Made by a program: the position numbers and the translations under genes. A stretch of 63,674 nt of DNA, filler included, from Reclinomonas americana ATCC 50394 (lineage: Eukaryota), in assembly GCA_048213135.1 (NCBI GenBank). It is 5 parts of 2 records of this genome, joined end to end, with 100 filler letters (N's around TTAATTAATTAA, not from the genome) between each part and the next. Parts side by side here need not be neighbours in the genome. Positions count along the whole stretch, not along the records: positions 1 to 21,056 come from PS015012.1; positions 21,157 to 46,627 come from PS015013.1; 3 more parts are not named here. The stretch is one strand, 5' to 3'. Positions 12,872-25,773 of the stretch are shown piece by piece; position 1 is the stretch's first letter, and the number at the start of each line of letters is the position of its first letter. The notes under the pieces were generated by a model. That model did not search any database. It was not told the DNA's origin and saw nothing but the letters and a program-made list of their open reading frames with translations.

Positions 12872-13995
12872 TTCTGCTGCGGCCGGAGTTGAGCACAGCA
12901 AGCCTGCGCCGCATGAGGAGGAGGCAGAGCGCGAGGAGGGAGAGAAGAGGGCGACTCATTGGGAACGAGTGACGAGTGGAGCGGGGTTGAGTGAGGCGTT
13001 GCGGGCCAAGGTGCACGCAGCGTGTGCGGTCATTCGTGAGAGCCTGGAGCGCTTTGAAGGGTGCGTGCCTGTGTGTGAGTGTGAGTGTGAGTGTGTGGGA
13101 GTGTGAGAGAAAAGGATTCGTAACGAATCTGTTCGAATCTCAGTCCACGGGGCTTGGCCTTCAGCTTCAATGGTGGCAAGGACTCGACTGTGCTCTTGCA
13201 TCTGGTCATGGCCACACTTGCTGCGGAGGTTTGCGCAATGCACACATGCTCTTCTCTCTCACATCTCTGTGTGCTGACTGCTTCCGTAGGGCTCCGATTA
13301 CCGGCAAGTGCTGTTCTTCTTCATTGACAATGAGCAGAACTTCCCCGAGATGATTGAGTTTATCGAGAACACGGATCGCGAGTGCGTTTTTCCTCCCTCT
13401 CTCACCCACGGTGTTGTGTTTGTGTCGCTCACGTCGGGGTTGCAGGTATTCATTGCACTTGCAAAACATTAGCAAGTCGCTGAAGGAGGGCTTGAAGGAT
13501 GTGCTGGACAGCAGGCCCGGTCCGTGCGGGGTGTTCATGGGCACAAGGAGAACCGATCCGTACTCGGGTGTGTTGTCCTCGCATGCGTGTGAGGCCTATG
13601 GGGTGTATCCTTAATGAGTTATTTTTGGGGGGGCAGAGAAACTCGCCGTGTTTCACCCCACGGATGCTGGCTGGCCGGCGTGCACGAGGATACATCCGAT
13701 TCTCGACTGGAGCTACGCTGATGTGTGGGAGTTTTTGAGGAGTCTCTCGATCCCCTACTGCTCGTTGTACGATCGGGGCTACACGAGCATTGGCGGCGTG
13801 CACAACTCTCGTCCGAACCCGGCACTCCGCATCTCCGGCCGCGTGTCATCTGCCTCCTCGTCGTCCTCTTCACTGTCCTCCTCCTCGTCATCTTCTGGCG
13901 ACGAGGACGACGACGAAGCGGCAATGCCCAAGTATCTCCCAGCATATCTACTGGAAGATGAGGAACTGGAGCGCGACAGTCGCGTGAAAAAGTAG
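12872..13995 (+). CDS. FLAD1: FAD synthetase (PAPS-reductase family FMN adenylyltransferase); start lies in the gap
   Basis: [89 protein letters not shown]. Confidence 0.93.
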
Positions 13996-14168
13996 TAATA
14001 GGCAACTTGACTCCACCATCATTGATTTTGCTGTTGTTGTTGTTGTTGTTGTTTTGTTTGCGTGTGTAACAAGTTTGCATGTTGTGCAAGAGATCCTACA
14101 TTTTAATGAACTCTTTTTGTGCACATGCACGTATTACACGCGGACTCGCCGATCACGCTCCTTCCCCG

Positions 14169-16361
14169 TCACCGAGCACTGAATGCGGATGGCGGCGAAC
14201 CAGGTGCCGCCGGATTGGAGTGCGGCGGCGAAAACCGTGGGACACCCGCACGCAGACGATGGTACGCACCGGCAGGCTCCGAGCGCGTTGGCGACGTCGG
14301 CTTGTGCGGCGGTGACAGCTGATGTGTCAGGCGCATCGGCTGATGTGGGAAAGGAAAGGAAAAGGCTTTGAGCTGACAATGACAAGAGTGGGGAGGAAGA
14401 GCGGCAACGATAACGCACCACATGTCGCAGGAGGGAGCTGGGGACTGGGGGCTTGGGATCCTCAAACGCCATCGGCTGGCTCGACAAGAACGGCGGTGCC
14501 GGCTTCATGGGCCAGCGGAATTGCTGCACGATCAATCTCCCCTGTCAGCAACAACAACAACGCGATGCGCAAGTGAGAGGCTGTGCCCAAACGCAACATA
14601 TTCGACTTTGGCGAGTCCAACTTGATCCGGGTGAATGTAGGAGAGGAGTTTTTGTGCGGGAGTCGGCTTGATCTTCAGCTCCTGAATCATCTTGGCCGAG
14701 GAGCCAAATGCCGGACGGCACTCCGGCTGCGATAGAGGCAAAGGGTGAGCAAAGTCGGGTGAATCAATTCTCGCGCGCACAAGGAGGACAAGAACGAAAC
14801 AGGTGGCGGTGGTGGAAGTGGATCCTGCAGATAGGAGAACAGTGGCTGTGGTGTGGTTGCAATCTCGTAGCCCATCTTCGTGGCAATGCCGAACGGTGGT
14901 GACTTGGGATTCGGCGAGGCAGGTGGTGAGGGGCGCGGATCAATGTACTATACACACAAACATACACAAGTGTCAGGCACCCTGTGTATCAACAACACTC
15001 GCGCTCACACACGGATGCGTGTACCGTCAGCAAGTGACTGGCGTCGGTCGGCGGCTTGTCTTGCTCGTAGCCCATGGGTGAGCCGACGCCAAAGGGTGGG
15101 CGTGCCGCCGGCTGTGGTCACCATCAGCGAACAGTTACAACATCGACAACAACAAGTACAACAGAAACTCACCGGCGTACTGTCATCCTTGATCTCTCGC
15201 AAGCAGGTGAGCAAGTCGCCGGATTCGGGCTTTGGTGTCTTCACCTGCCAGCTTTGATGGGAGCTGAACATGAACGGCGGTGGTGGCTTGCGTGCCCTCG
15301 ACCGCGGCGACAGGACATCATTCACCGCCCGCGCTCCAATGGCCTCCACTTGCTCCGCAAAGTAATCCTCCAGCGTCTTGCGCTTCTCCGCCAAACGTCT
15401 GTGGTGGCATGTGTAAGTACCAACGCTCTTCCGTCTCGGAAACAAACGGGCCACGCAACTGCTCCTCCATGGGACTGTGCGTGACCTCGGCCAGCGTGTC
15501 GGAGATTCGCCGCGGTGACCGTGGTGGCGGCTGCGGCTCCTCGTCCGCGCTCTTGGCAGCATCTCGCCACAGAGTACTCGCTCGTCCAGCTGGGAGAGAG
15601 AGAGAGTGAGAAAGAGATGGAGTCCGGAGAATGTGCGCGCACATAGATACTCACTGACAGCTGCGCGCGTGGCCGTCGGTCGCACGACCGGCGCAAACAA
15701 AATCTCGCGACTGCGCTTGACACCCGTTGGACTGCGCGGCGAGCCCGCCGATCGCGGACTGCGGCTCTTATCCAACCTGCCCCCAGGAAGCAAAAAAAGT
15801 CAATGTCCGAGTGCAAAATCAACCGTCAACACTCACACAGCAGGCACTGACCGGTCCAGAATGTCATTGAGTGGCCGCGGCCCAGAAGCCGGCGCCCGAG
15901 TCGGTGACTCATCCGCAGTCGATGACAGTGCCGATGGTCTTCGCCGGCCTCGCAGACTCTGATCAATCTCACTGCATTCGTCGACACACAATCATCATGA
16001 GCACAATGAGTCATGGCAGAGAGGGAAGGAGAGAGAGAGGGAGAGAGAGAGAGAGAGTGAGTGAGAGAGAGAGAGAGAAGAAGAAGAAGAAGGAGAAGAA
16101 GAGTATCCTTCTCTGTGAGTGTGTGTCTCTCTCTCACCTGTTTGTTGGAGGTGGGCCTGTGGGTGAGGGCACACGAGTACTGCGCACGGCCAACTTCTGC
16201 AGTCGCGTCATGGCATCGGGCGACAGTGCGCCGTGTCCTTGATGCTTCCGCTCCACAATGAGCGACTGTGCCGAGGAGGCCACCGAGACCATACTGCTCG
16301 AGTCCTCTGCGCGTCCACTCACTCCACTGTCCACGAGCACAGAGCCCATGGACGAGGCCAT
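14169..16361 (-). CDS. Hypothetical Pro-rich protein with five ~35-45 aa internal repeats (start may lie further upstream, up to ~16950)
   Basis: GT-AG exon chain from MASSMGSVLVDSG (16361) to ...PPSAFSAR-TGA (14169); 3' exons join in frame, some 5' junctions are tentative; repeats PPF-x-S-xx-M-(G/A)-(Y/F)-E...LL(S/T)Y. Confidence 0.55.
16018..16102. repeat. (GA)n/(AAG)n microsatellite inside an intron; similar (GT)n/(CA)n/(GA)n tracts occur in many introns
   Basis: Direct reading of the sequence. Confidence 0.85.
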
Positions 16362-17170
16362 GGTGCTCTCAGAGTGCACAGTGCGCGCTGTGTGTGTGTG
16401 TAAGAGTGAGTGAGTGTGTGAGAGTGGCGCGGCTCTCGTCCAGAATTCAAAGTAATGTGTGTGTGCATGTGTGATGTGCTTGTGTGTGTGTGTGTGCGTG
16501 TGTAGAGCCGCACCTGAGAGAGGCCCAACATCGGCCGCAGCACTGCGCGGCGTCAACATCTCGCGATCACTGCGAGATAAGGCACTGTAAAAATTCACCG
16601 TAGGTAGACAACCCGCCGTGGACAGTCGTTTTTATCGGTTTCAGGCACTTGTTGAGAGGGTGAAAAGCTGCTGTTGATCACCTCACCGCTCTCCTCGCTT
16701 TCTCTTTCTCGGTGCATGGGCTGCGATGCGCGCCGATGATAGCGCGGTGACAATGGCGGCGTCGGCGCGAGGCTCGCGGGTAGCTGGCACGCCGGGTTCT
16801 TCTGCTCGCGACTGGGGCACGGCGCGGTCGCTTCAGGAGCCACTGGGGATGTTTGCGGTGGCGCCGACGACGGCAGCGCGTGGTTCGTTTGCGCGCGCGC
16901 CGCCACTGAAAGCCGGCGGCAAGTCGGAGCGGTATGATGCAGCACCGACACATCAGTTGGCCGCCACGGGTGAGTTGAGCGACAGAGAAACGAGTGAGAC
17001 GAAAGAGGGGGAAGAGAGACGGGGGTGGTCAGAGAACAGACAGAGAGGAAAACCAGTCGCGATTCTCTCCTCTCCATCGTTTTTCGATATCGCGCACTGT
17101 GCCGACCGACCTGGACGCAGGGAGTGGGAGCCGGGTGGTGGAGTGCGACACGCTGCCTCGCGTACACAAC

Positions 17171-18811
17171 ATGAGCGGAAGCAACAACACCTCGCCGAAC
17201 AAGACGCCGTCGCGCCTGACGGCTCCACTGCCGAGCGCGTTGCGATCGAGTTCACCCGCGGAACCCACCGACAGTCACGACTGGGCATTAGCACCTTCTG
17301 CAGGAGAGGCGCTTTCACGCACGCTACCGTCGGTACTGAAGACGCCGATCAAGGGCACAGCGTCCCCGGGCGTCGCCAGGGGTCATCTGACGTCACAGTT
17401 TGGCACGGGATCCATGCCGCCCGTGGACAACCGAGGCCGCGGTCCGGCTCTGCACGCACTGACACGCACCGACTCTGGCAGCAACCACCACGGTGATGGC
17501 AGTGGTGGTGGCCACGGCCACGGACAGCAGCTACCCGCGCCGAAAATGACACGATCGCGGAGTCGGGATCCCGAGCCAGCAGGCCGAGCCGGCAACTTGT
17601 CGCCGGTGATGTTTGACACTGACCGATCCAAGTCGTGCTCTCCAGTGCGTGAGAAGCAGCGACTCAAGGTACCGGTGCACATGTGGAGTACGGATGCATC
17701 ATTGCGTTCTCACAAGCTGCGTTGACAGGAGGAGCAGGAGCGGGAGGACTTTGAGACGCTTCGTCTGCGCATGTTGCACAACAAGGCCGAGCACTCTGGC
17801 CGAATTCGCTTGCAGGACCTCGAAGCGTGGCACGCCAACATGCCAAACCAGCGGGCTAGCATCCGCTTGGTGTTTGAGAAACAGGTACGGCCAGGGCTGG
17901 TCGGTCGTGTCGAGGGTGAGAAATGCTCACGTTGTGTGTGTGTGTGCACGCAGCAACAATTCAAGCACTTTGTCGACGGGGTGAGTGACAAGAGAGTGAC
18001 ACTGTGTTGTTGCCGCTACTCATACACACACACAGCATCACCAGGAGCAGCAGCGGATGCACGATGCAGTAGAAGAGGCCGAGCACCGACACGAGATGCG
18101 ACGACATGACGGGCATCACGGCGACGATTTTGAGGACGCTCTGCTGATGGTGGACCAAAAGGCCCTAGCAGGCGCCACCAAGCAGGAGATCACCGTCTCC
18201 TCCCTCGAGTTGACTTCGCGTCTGCGTCGACTCACCGCGCCGCACATTGCGCGCCAGATTAGACACCAGCGCCACAGGTGCCCATCGCTGCATTTGTTCT
18301 CTGCACCTCACACTCTGCCTTGACACACTCCCCTTGCCATCTGCACAGCCGCGTCGATGCAAGCAACAGCGAGACGATAACGCTCGACTCACTGCTCAAC
18401 CAGATACGGCAGCCGAGTCCCACCACCGGTCACCGCCTCGCCGCGTCACCACCGTCGCCCACCCAACTGTTGCTGCCGCCGCACGAGGACGGCTGCGAGG
18501 ACGACGATGCGGCGCCACATCCCACAGAACCCACGCCAGCACCTGCCGTCACGACGACCACCACTACCACCAACACCGTGCACTTCTCCACGGGGCCACC
18601 ATCTCCCACGCCGCTGCATTGGAATGGCATCAGACCAGTGGCTGGCTCGCTGCTCGCCGAACAGCAGCAACAGCAACTCTTGCAACTCAGACACTATCAG
18701 CAACAACAACATCAGCAACAGCAACTAGCGCAGCACAACAGAGGCTTAGGAGGGCAAACGAGCCCAACACGATCACCACTGCGCTCGTACTTGGAACGAA
18801 CGCGGACATAG
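17171..18811 (+). CDS. Hypothetical protein (Ser/Pro-rich N-terminus, charged helical middle, Gln-rich tail)
   Basis: MSGSNNTSPNK... exons joined by GT-AG introns (e.g. REKQRLK|EEQEREDFETLRLRML...); stop at 18811. Confidence 0.55.
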
Positions 18812-18949
18812 ATAACTAGCCAGCTCCTGCACAATATAACGAAACTTGTACTCGCGTGTGTAATGCATGCGTGGAGCTATAGACAGCGAGTCACACGAGA
18901 GGAGAAAGGGTGTGAGGGGAATCGCGTGGCCTCAGTCCTCACATGCTTG

Positions 18950-20082
18950 TCAGTTTCGCAGCGAAACGAGGACCTCATCGAACACACGCTTCGGTGCATC
19001 GGTGAAGAACATGGTGGCGAACACGTGCGTGCCAAACACCGGGTGGCTCAACACCTTGCAGCAGCCGAGCTCGACCACATCCATACCAAAATGCACGTAG
19101 CGATCGTCGGTCTCGAACAGCGTCGTGCTCGTGTGCGCTCCACGAGCCTGCGCACCAGCGTGTGAGTCACGGGCAGCAAGCTCCCTTTTCACAGGAATAA
19201 AACGCAACAGGTTGTCCACAGCCGGCATCAATGTAATCGGCCCAGTAGCCCTGCTCCTCCAGCGCCGCCACAAGTCGCGATCCGAGACGCTCAAACTGCA
19301 CTTGGCATGTCAGCCACATTCACAACACCACTATCACCACCAGACGACGACGCAACATTCTCATACAGCCGCTCGCGCTCCTGCTCAACCTCGCCGCCCC
19401 ACGTGCTCATGTCGTGCGCGGTCCGTTGTGAGACAGTCGCCACTGTGAGATCGGTCACATCGCGATCCGGGAACAAGTCGGCCAGATCGCGGCGCACGTG
19501 GCGCGGGCACGGGAACGACTTGAGCTCGACCTGCACACCGCATGCAGACTTAGCGTGCGTGCACGTCGACAGCGTGCGCACGCTGCTGCACGCCCTCTCA
19601 CCTCCGTGTCATTCTCCACCACGTCGACCACAAACGGCTTGTCGGCGTGGTAAATGAGGGGATTATCCTCGGGCTTGATGGTCGGCAGCTCCATTCCCGA
19701 CGGCACCGCAGGTCCCACCGCCTCAGTCGCCTACCCGACACACCACAGAATGAGCACAAGAGTGATGAGCGCGCTTCTTTTGGTGAGTGGCAACGCAACA
19801 CGAGCAGCGCGCAGCCACGATCCCACAGCCACTGCCGGTGCAACGACAGGTGTCACCACAGAAGGAGGAGGGGCGCTGCGCACAGAAGCACCAGCGGCCT
19901 GACGCGAGGCTGCACACAAAAGATGCGATCAGTGCGTGTGTGTGCATGGAATCCTCGACCGCGCACGTGTGTGTGTGTGTGTGTGTGTCTCGCACACCAG
20001 CAGAGGGAACTCCCGTCACTGGTGCCTCACGTGTGAACAAGTTGCGAGTGCCGTTGCGTAGGGCCTGAGCAGCGCGTCGCAT
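18950..20082 (-). CDS. MMADHC: Cobalamin trafficking protein CblD
   Basis: CPRHVRRDLADLFP, TVSQRTAHDMSTWGGEVEQERERL, GYWADYIDAGCG, TLFETDDRYVHFG..VVELGCCKVLSHPVFGTHVFATMFFTDAP; Arg-rich N-terminus resembling a mitochondrial targeting peptide. Confidence 0.92.
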
Positions 20083-20568
20083 GCGTGTAAACGAAATGAA
20101 GAGGACAAGGACCAGCCGGCCGTTCTTCATTCATCATCGTCGTCCTCATCAGCATCATCGTCGTCTTCCTCCGAGTCCGACGACGAGTCAAACAACGAGA
20201 ATGAGATGCGCGCCACTGCAGCATCCGACGACGCCACACCCACAGTCGCTCCCGAGCTGGCCCACGGACCGACAGCCGCAGCCGCCGACGTTGCAGCTCC
20301 AGCACTACCTGCTGCAGCTGCNNNNNNNNNNNNNNNNNNNNNNNNNNNNNNNNNNNNNNNNNNNNNNNNNNNNNNNNNNNNNNNNNNNNNNNNNNNNNNN
20401 NNNNNNNNNNNNNNNNNNNNNNNNNNNNNNNNNNNNNNNNNNNNNNNNNNNNNNNNNNNNNNNNNNNNNNNNNNNNNNNNNNNNNNNNNNNNNNNNNNNN
20501 NNNNNNNNNNNNNNNNNNNNNNNNNNNNNNNNNNNNNNNNNNNNNNNNNNNNNNNNNNNNNNNNNNNN

Positions 20569-21056
20569 CGCGCGCAGATGCACTGATTACGCGCTTTGCA
20601 CGGCGTGTGGGCACTGCGCAGCTGCGTCTGTCGACCGAGGTGCACAACCAGCGACCAGTGCTGGAGGCGGCCACAGTCAAGGCCAGCAGCCCGCGCACAC
20701 TAGACGAGATACTCTCGTTTGGGAAGCGCTTGTCGGCGGCGGCCTCGGCGCCACCGGGATGGGAGGAGGGCCAGATGCTGCCCGACACTGCGCTGTCGCC
20801 GCACCCACCAGTGGATATGGCACGCATGTCGCTGCTCAATCGCGCCACGGAGGAGCTGGTGCAGGAGGAGATGTTTTTGAGGAAACGCAGAAAGGTAATG
20901 GCGGCGGCGGCCGACGATCTCGACGGGGAGGTTGGTGGTGCAGAGGGCGCGTCGGCGGCTGGTGGTGTGCTGGGCGGAGGCGCGTATCGGCGGCATCGAT
21001 TGGCGGCCGATGCCATGGACGAGCTGAGTGATGAGGAGGAAGGGGGCGACGAGACT
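20569..21056 (+). CDS. MED4: Mediator subunit 4 (internal fragment on an inverted contig; acidic C-terminus is probably 20127-20321 on the - strand)
   Basis: LDEILSFGKRLSAAASAPPGWEEG...PHPPVDMARMSLL fits the Med4 ELLxYAxRIS..APP.W..P.P...MR pattern; the acidic tail FSLFDSSSDSEEDDDD.. lies across the gap on the opposite strand. Confidence 0.7.
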
Positions 21057-21100
21057 NNNNNNNNNNNNNNNNNNNNNNNNNNNNNNNNNNNNNNNNNNNN

Positions 21101-21112
21101 TTAATTAATTAA
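21101..21112. other. Artificial scaffold linker TTAATTAATTAA in N runs (also 46672-46683, 55105-55116, 61367-61378)
   Basis: Identical 12-mer with stops in all six frames, flanked by near-equal N runs, occurring four times. Confidence 0.95.
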
Positions 21113-21156
21113 NNNNNNNNNNNNNNNNNNNNNNNNNNNNNNNNNNNNNNNNNNNN

Positions 21157-24100
21157 CTGAAGAGGTGCTGTTTACCGTGGCGCCCTTGCTTTCCTCTCGC
21201 AAGCGCACTCACACTTCGTGACAAAAAACGTGCAGTAGTGGACAGGAGATTGTGGATGAACTCGCTGTCAACGTGCAGCGGGTCAGGCGGCTCGCGCGCG
21301 GCTCTGGCGAACGCTCCGTAACCGATCGTGCCATTGCGGCTCTGGTTCGACCGCAGTGGACGCCAGTGGCTGTGGATTCGCGAGTTGTACGTCCACTTGC
21401 TTGTTTCCTTGTCGTTTTTGTCGTGCACATGGCTCACCGGTGGCGTCTGTGATGCAGCTTTCGACGGTACCGTCGGCGGCCACGTTTGAAATGTCGTCGG
21501 CGTCGCTGTCTTTCAATGGCATGCGCAGCCCGACCATGATCTCACTCGGTGACGAAGCTGAAGTCGCGCTGGAGGAGCGACTGCGAAACTACGTGGAGGC
21601 CAAGTGCGTCTCTGTCTGCCAATGCATGTGCGTGTGTATATGTGGAATGGAAACTTGACTCTTCTGTGCCACAGCAAACCGGCTGACCTGGACACCGATT
21701 ACGACGATCTGCTCCGCCTGCTCATCACCAATCGGCAGCTGTTGGCACGGCTCATCGAGTTGCTGAGGTGCGTCCGTGATACGTCGACGAGTGAGCGATG
21801 TGCTGCGCAAGCTGACCGCGACTTCGGTCAACATGTAGACCAACAAAGGAGAGCGACCGTGACGACATTCCTCCCGAGGTGGCTGTCATTGATGAGGAGA
21901 CGCGCCTGATGGACGTCATGCGAATCCTCTCGCTTCTGGTGACCCGTGGCGGTGAAGTGGCCGATATTAGACCGGAGCATCAGCGGCAGACGACACTGCA
22001 GTGCATGCTGGCGGATCTCGGTGCCGTAGAAATGGTAACTCGACAGTGATTGTGTTGTGGGATGGTGATGAGCACTGAATGCTGCTTGTGTGTGTCGCGC
22101 CTGCAGGTGTGCCAATTGATGACCCAGGCGCAGTCACCCAAGCTGGCGCAAATGGTGTTTGAGTTTGGCTGCAAGTTGCTGCAGGGTGGCAACCGCTACG
22201 TGCAGACGTACTTTTACCGCTTGATGCAACACGGCGGCAGCGCCGAGCATCTTCTCGTGGGCTTGCGCAATCGTCTGCAAGTTGCGACGACGGAGATTGA
22301 CGAGAAACTGGCGTACGAGGAGCTGCTTGAGCGCCGTCGCAATGAGCTCGAAGATGACGAGTTGGGTGCTCGTGTGTAGTAGTGTCTTCCCCCTGTCTCT
22401 TATGCACTGCTGATGGCTGTTGCGCAGAAACAATCCCGAGAACGACGCGATTGGAGTGGCATTCGAGGAGCGCGGCTTTGCGGCAGAGGTCCTCCGCTTC
22501 ATTCAGTTGCTGTGTGAAGGGCACTATCTGGAGATGCAGGTACGGCGAGTGTGAGGGAGTGATTATTACAACTGTGTTTGTTCACTCACTCGTGGGGTCA
22601 CAGGATTTCCTCCGTCGACAACCCGGCCGCGGAGTGGAGAATGTGGATGTGGCCAGCGAGATCTTGAGATACTTGCGCGCACTTGAGCCCAATCTGACGA
22701 CGGCGCGCGTGGATACTGCGGTGCAACTGTTTGCGACACTGACCGACCTCATGCAAGGCCCTTGTGTGTCCCAGCAGCAATCACTGGCCGCCTCCGATTT
22801 CCTGTTCATTGCCAACCGCCTGCTGGAGACGGCACCGAATGATGCACCATCGCTGGGTTTTGCACGACTGCAGCTGACCGTACTCGACTCCATGATGGCA
22901 GTGATCGAGGTGAGTGCTCAGAGGAGAAGTGTGTGTGTTGTGTATCAGTCAATCCTCACTGTTGCTCGCAGGGACCATCGGCGTTGGAAACCACCAAGCA
23001 ACTGCGGCTGGCCATCACACTGAACAACATTGCGCGCAGTGCTGTGCAACTGCACGCCGTGATGGAGGAAGCCGAACGGGTGGGCGTGCACCGCAACATT
23101 GTGTCGTACGGCAAGAGTCTGTCGACAAACGCGATGCGACCGGCGTCGCCGGACTTCCCGCTGCAGAAGGCTTTCACGTTTTGGATAGAGGACCCGGTGC
23201 TCATTCGCACACTCGGTATCCGCTACTACTTCCTCATCAACAGGCTCGGCGACGCGTCACCCACTGTGCAGCGACATGTGAGTTGATGTGGATAGTAGAG
23301 CCGGCGCTCTGTGTGTGTGTTTGTGCCGACCGTCGTTCGTCGCAGATCGGCAAGTTGGTGGACGATGAAAGTGCGCGGCTCGGCATTCGCCCCGCGGCTC
23401 CCGGCAAGTGCCTGCTGTGGCGTTTCCAGCGCAACACCGGGCACGTGGAGGTGCTTCGCAATCAGGAGGTCGAAAAGTTGTACTTTGAGATTCCGCCTCT
23501 GGCCTCGTGGTTCCAGTCGCGGCTCTATCGCCGCTGGCAGGACGAGGTCGATCGCAGCTCGTCGACCTCCAAACTGGAGGGCCTCTTCCGTGAGGTGCCA
23601 TACTTTTACCAACACATGCGACACGGAGTTGCGTGAAGTGTCTTGTCTGTCTGTCACTTCTCTTACGCACATCCTCATTCTCTTCGGCGCCCACCTCGCA
23701 GCTGTACTTGCGTGAGACAAAGTGGTTCCGCTACAGCAATCTGACGCTGCCGTACACGCGCCAGCTCAGCTTTGTCGTCGGCCTCTGCATCAATCTGATT
23801 CTGCTCTTCGCCTTCCAAGTGCAAAACATCGACTCGGACTTGAACGTTGTCACGTTGCGTGTGTGGGAGAGGGTCAGCACTCCTGTGTCGTGTCGGAGGT
23901 TGCAGAGCTCATGTGGCGATACTTCGTGCAGATCGTACGGCTACAAGACGGACGGAGCCGGACATGCAGTCATCATCCTCGCCATTATAGAAATCTTCCT
24001 TCAGCTACTTCTGTTCCTTGGTTATATTGCCGGCCCAGGTGCATTGCGCGCCATGAAACAATGGTCGCCGGCACTCGGATATGTTGCGCTCCGCCGTTCT

Positions 24101-24922
24101 TCGTTTCGTCGTCTCGCTTCCCCACCGTTTCCCTGACGGTGGTTTTCTTTTGTCTGCAGCAACACTTGACGGATCTACCGCGCGCTTCGGCCTCCTTTAT
24201 GCGCAACGTTCTCCGCGGGTACTTCCGAGACTTTTTGTTCTACTTTAGAGTGCGTTCGCCGACTGTCAGTGTGGTGTGCTTCACGTGTTGCTGACTGTTG
24301 CTCTCACTCGCTGCAGGTGGCCTGTGTGGTCGTCAGTGCACTCGGATTACTCGTGAGCGAGGCGTTTTTCCCGTTCCTGCTGCTGGACGTGGTCCTGTCG
24401 TTCAGCATTCTTCGCAACGTGGTGCGATCGGTGTCGACAAGTCTTGTCAATCTGCTGCTGACGGTGACCATATTTGTTTGCATGCGCATCAGTTTGTCGT
24501 CTTTCAAGCTCACCCTTTGTGCACAGCTCATGCTCGGTCTCTTCATCATCTTCTTCTTCGCCATGGTGCAAATGGTGTCCTTCAACGACGAGTTCATCCT
24601 GTCCGACGGCTACCGCATCTGCAGCGAGGCCACCGGCTGCTTCTTCAATCTCATGAACTTTGGGTGCGCGCGCCCACTCTCCCCTTTCTTTCTTTCTCTC
24701 GCACTCACACTTGAGCTCACGTACGGCACGTCACAGTTTGAAGCATGGTGGCGCCTTCGAGGATCTGTACCCTGTCAATGTGACGCCCGCACGAGTCATT
24801 TTCGACTTGCTGTTCTTCTTCCTGATTCTCGTCGTGCTTCTCAACCTGGTGTTTGGTGCGTCATCGTTGACTGCATTCATTTACCTCAAGTGGTTATGCT
24901 CATTGTCTTCTCCTCTATCACC
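21157..24922 (+). CDS. ITPR: Inositol 1,4,5-trisphosphate/ryanodine receptor family Ca2+-release channel (5' partial; RIH-associated and transmembrane domains)
   Basis: LRFIQLLCEGHYLEMQDFLRRQ, QLFATLTDLMQGPC, TGHVEVLRNQEVEKLYFEIP, TM segments, LRNVVRSV, pore LKHGGAFED, RVIFDLLFFFLILVVLLNLVFG. Confidence 0.93.
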
Positions 24923-25773
24923 NNNNNNNNNNNNNNNNNNNNNNNNNNNNNNNNNNNNNNNNNNNNNNNNNNNNNNNNNNNNNNNNNNNNNNNNNNNNNN
25001 NNNNNNNNNNNNNNNNNNNNNNNNNNNNNNNNNNNNNNNNNNNNNNNNNNNNNNNNNNNNNNNNNNNNNNNNNNNNNNNNNNNNNNNNNNNNNNNNNNNN
25101 NNNNNNNNNNNNNNNNNNNNNNNNNNNNNNNNNNNNNNNNNNNNNNNNNNNNNNNNNNNNNNNNNNNNNNNNNNNNNNNNNNNNNNNNNNNNNNNNNNNN
25201 NNNNNNNNNNNNNNNNNNNNNNNNNNNNNNNNNNNNNNNNNNNNNNNNNNNNNNNNNNNNNNNNNNNNNNNNNNNNNNNNNNNNNNNNNNNNNNNNNNNN
25301 NNNNNNNNNNNNNNNNNNNNNNNNNNNNNNNNNNNNNNNNNNNNNNNNNNNNNNNNNNNNNNNNNNNNNNNNNNNNNNNNNNNNNNNNNNNNNNNNNNNN
25401 NNNNNNNNNNNNNNNNNNNNNNNNNNNNNNNNNNNNNNNNNNNNNNNNNNNNNNNNNNNNNNNNNNNNNNNNNNNNNNNNNNNNNNNNNNNNNNNNNNNN
25501 NNNNNNNNNNNNNNNNNNNNNNNNNNNNNNNNNNNNNNNNNNNNNNNNNNNTCAAGGAAGCGTCGCAAGGTCGATCGCAATCAGCGGTGAGTGGTCACGC
25601 ATGCATTCTGTCCTTGTTGGTCGTCGTGTCGTGCAACTCACCCATCGTGGAAACAGAAATGGTGGTGGGTCGTCGCGTCGTGTGCAAAAGGACAAGCTGA
25701 AGGCCTTCAGCCTCGACGACGAAGACGATGACGAGTAGTAAACACGCAATACTTAATTCTCAACAAACAAAAA

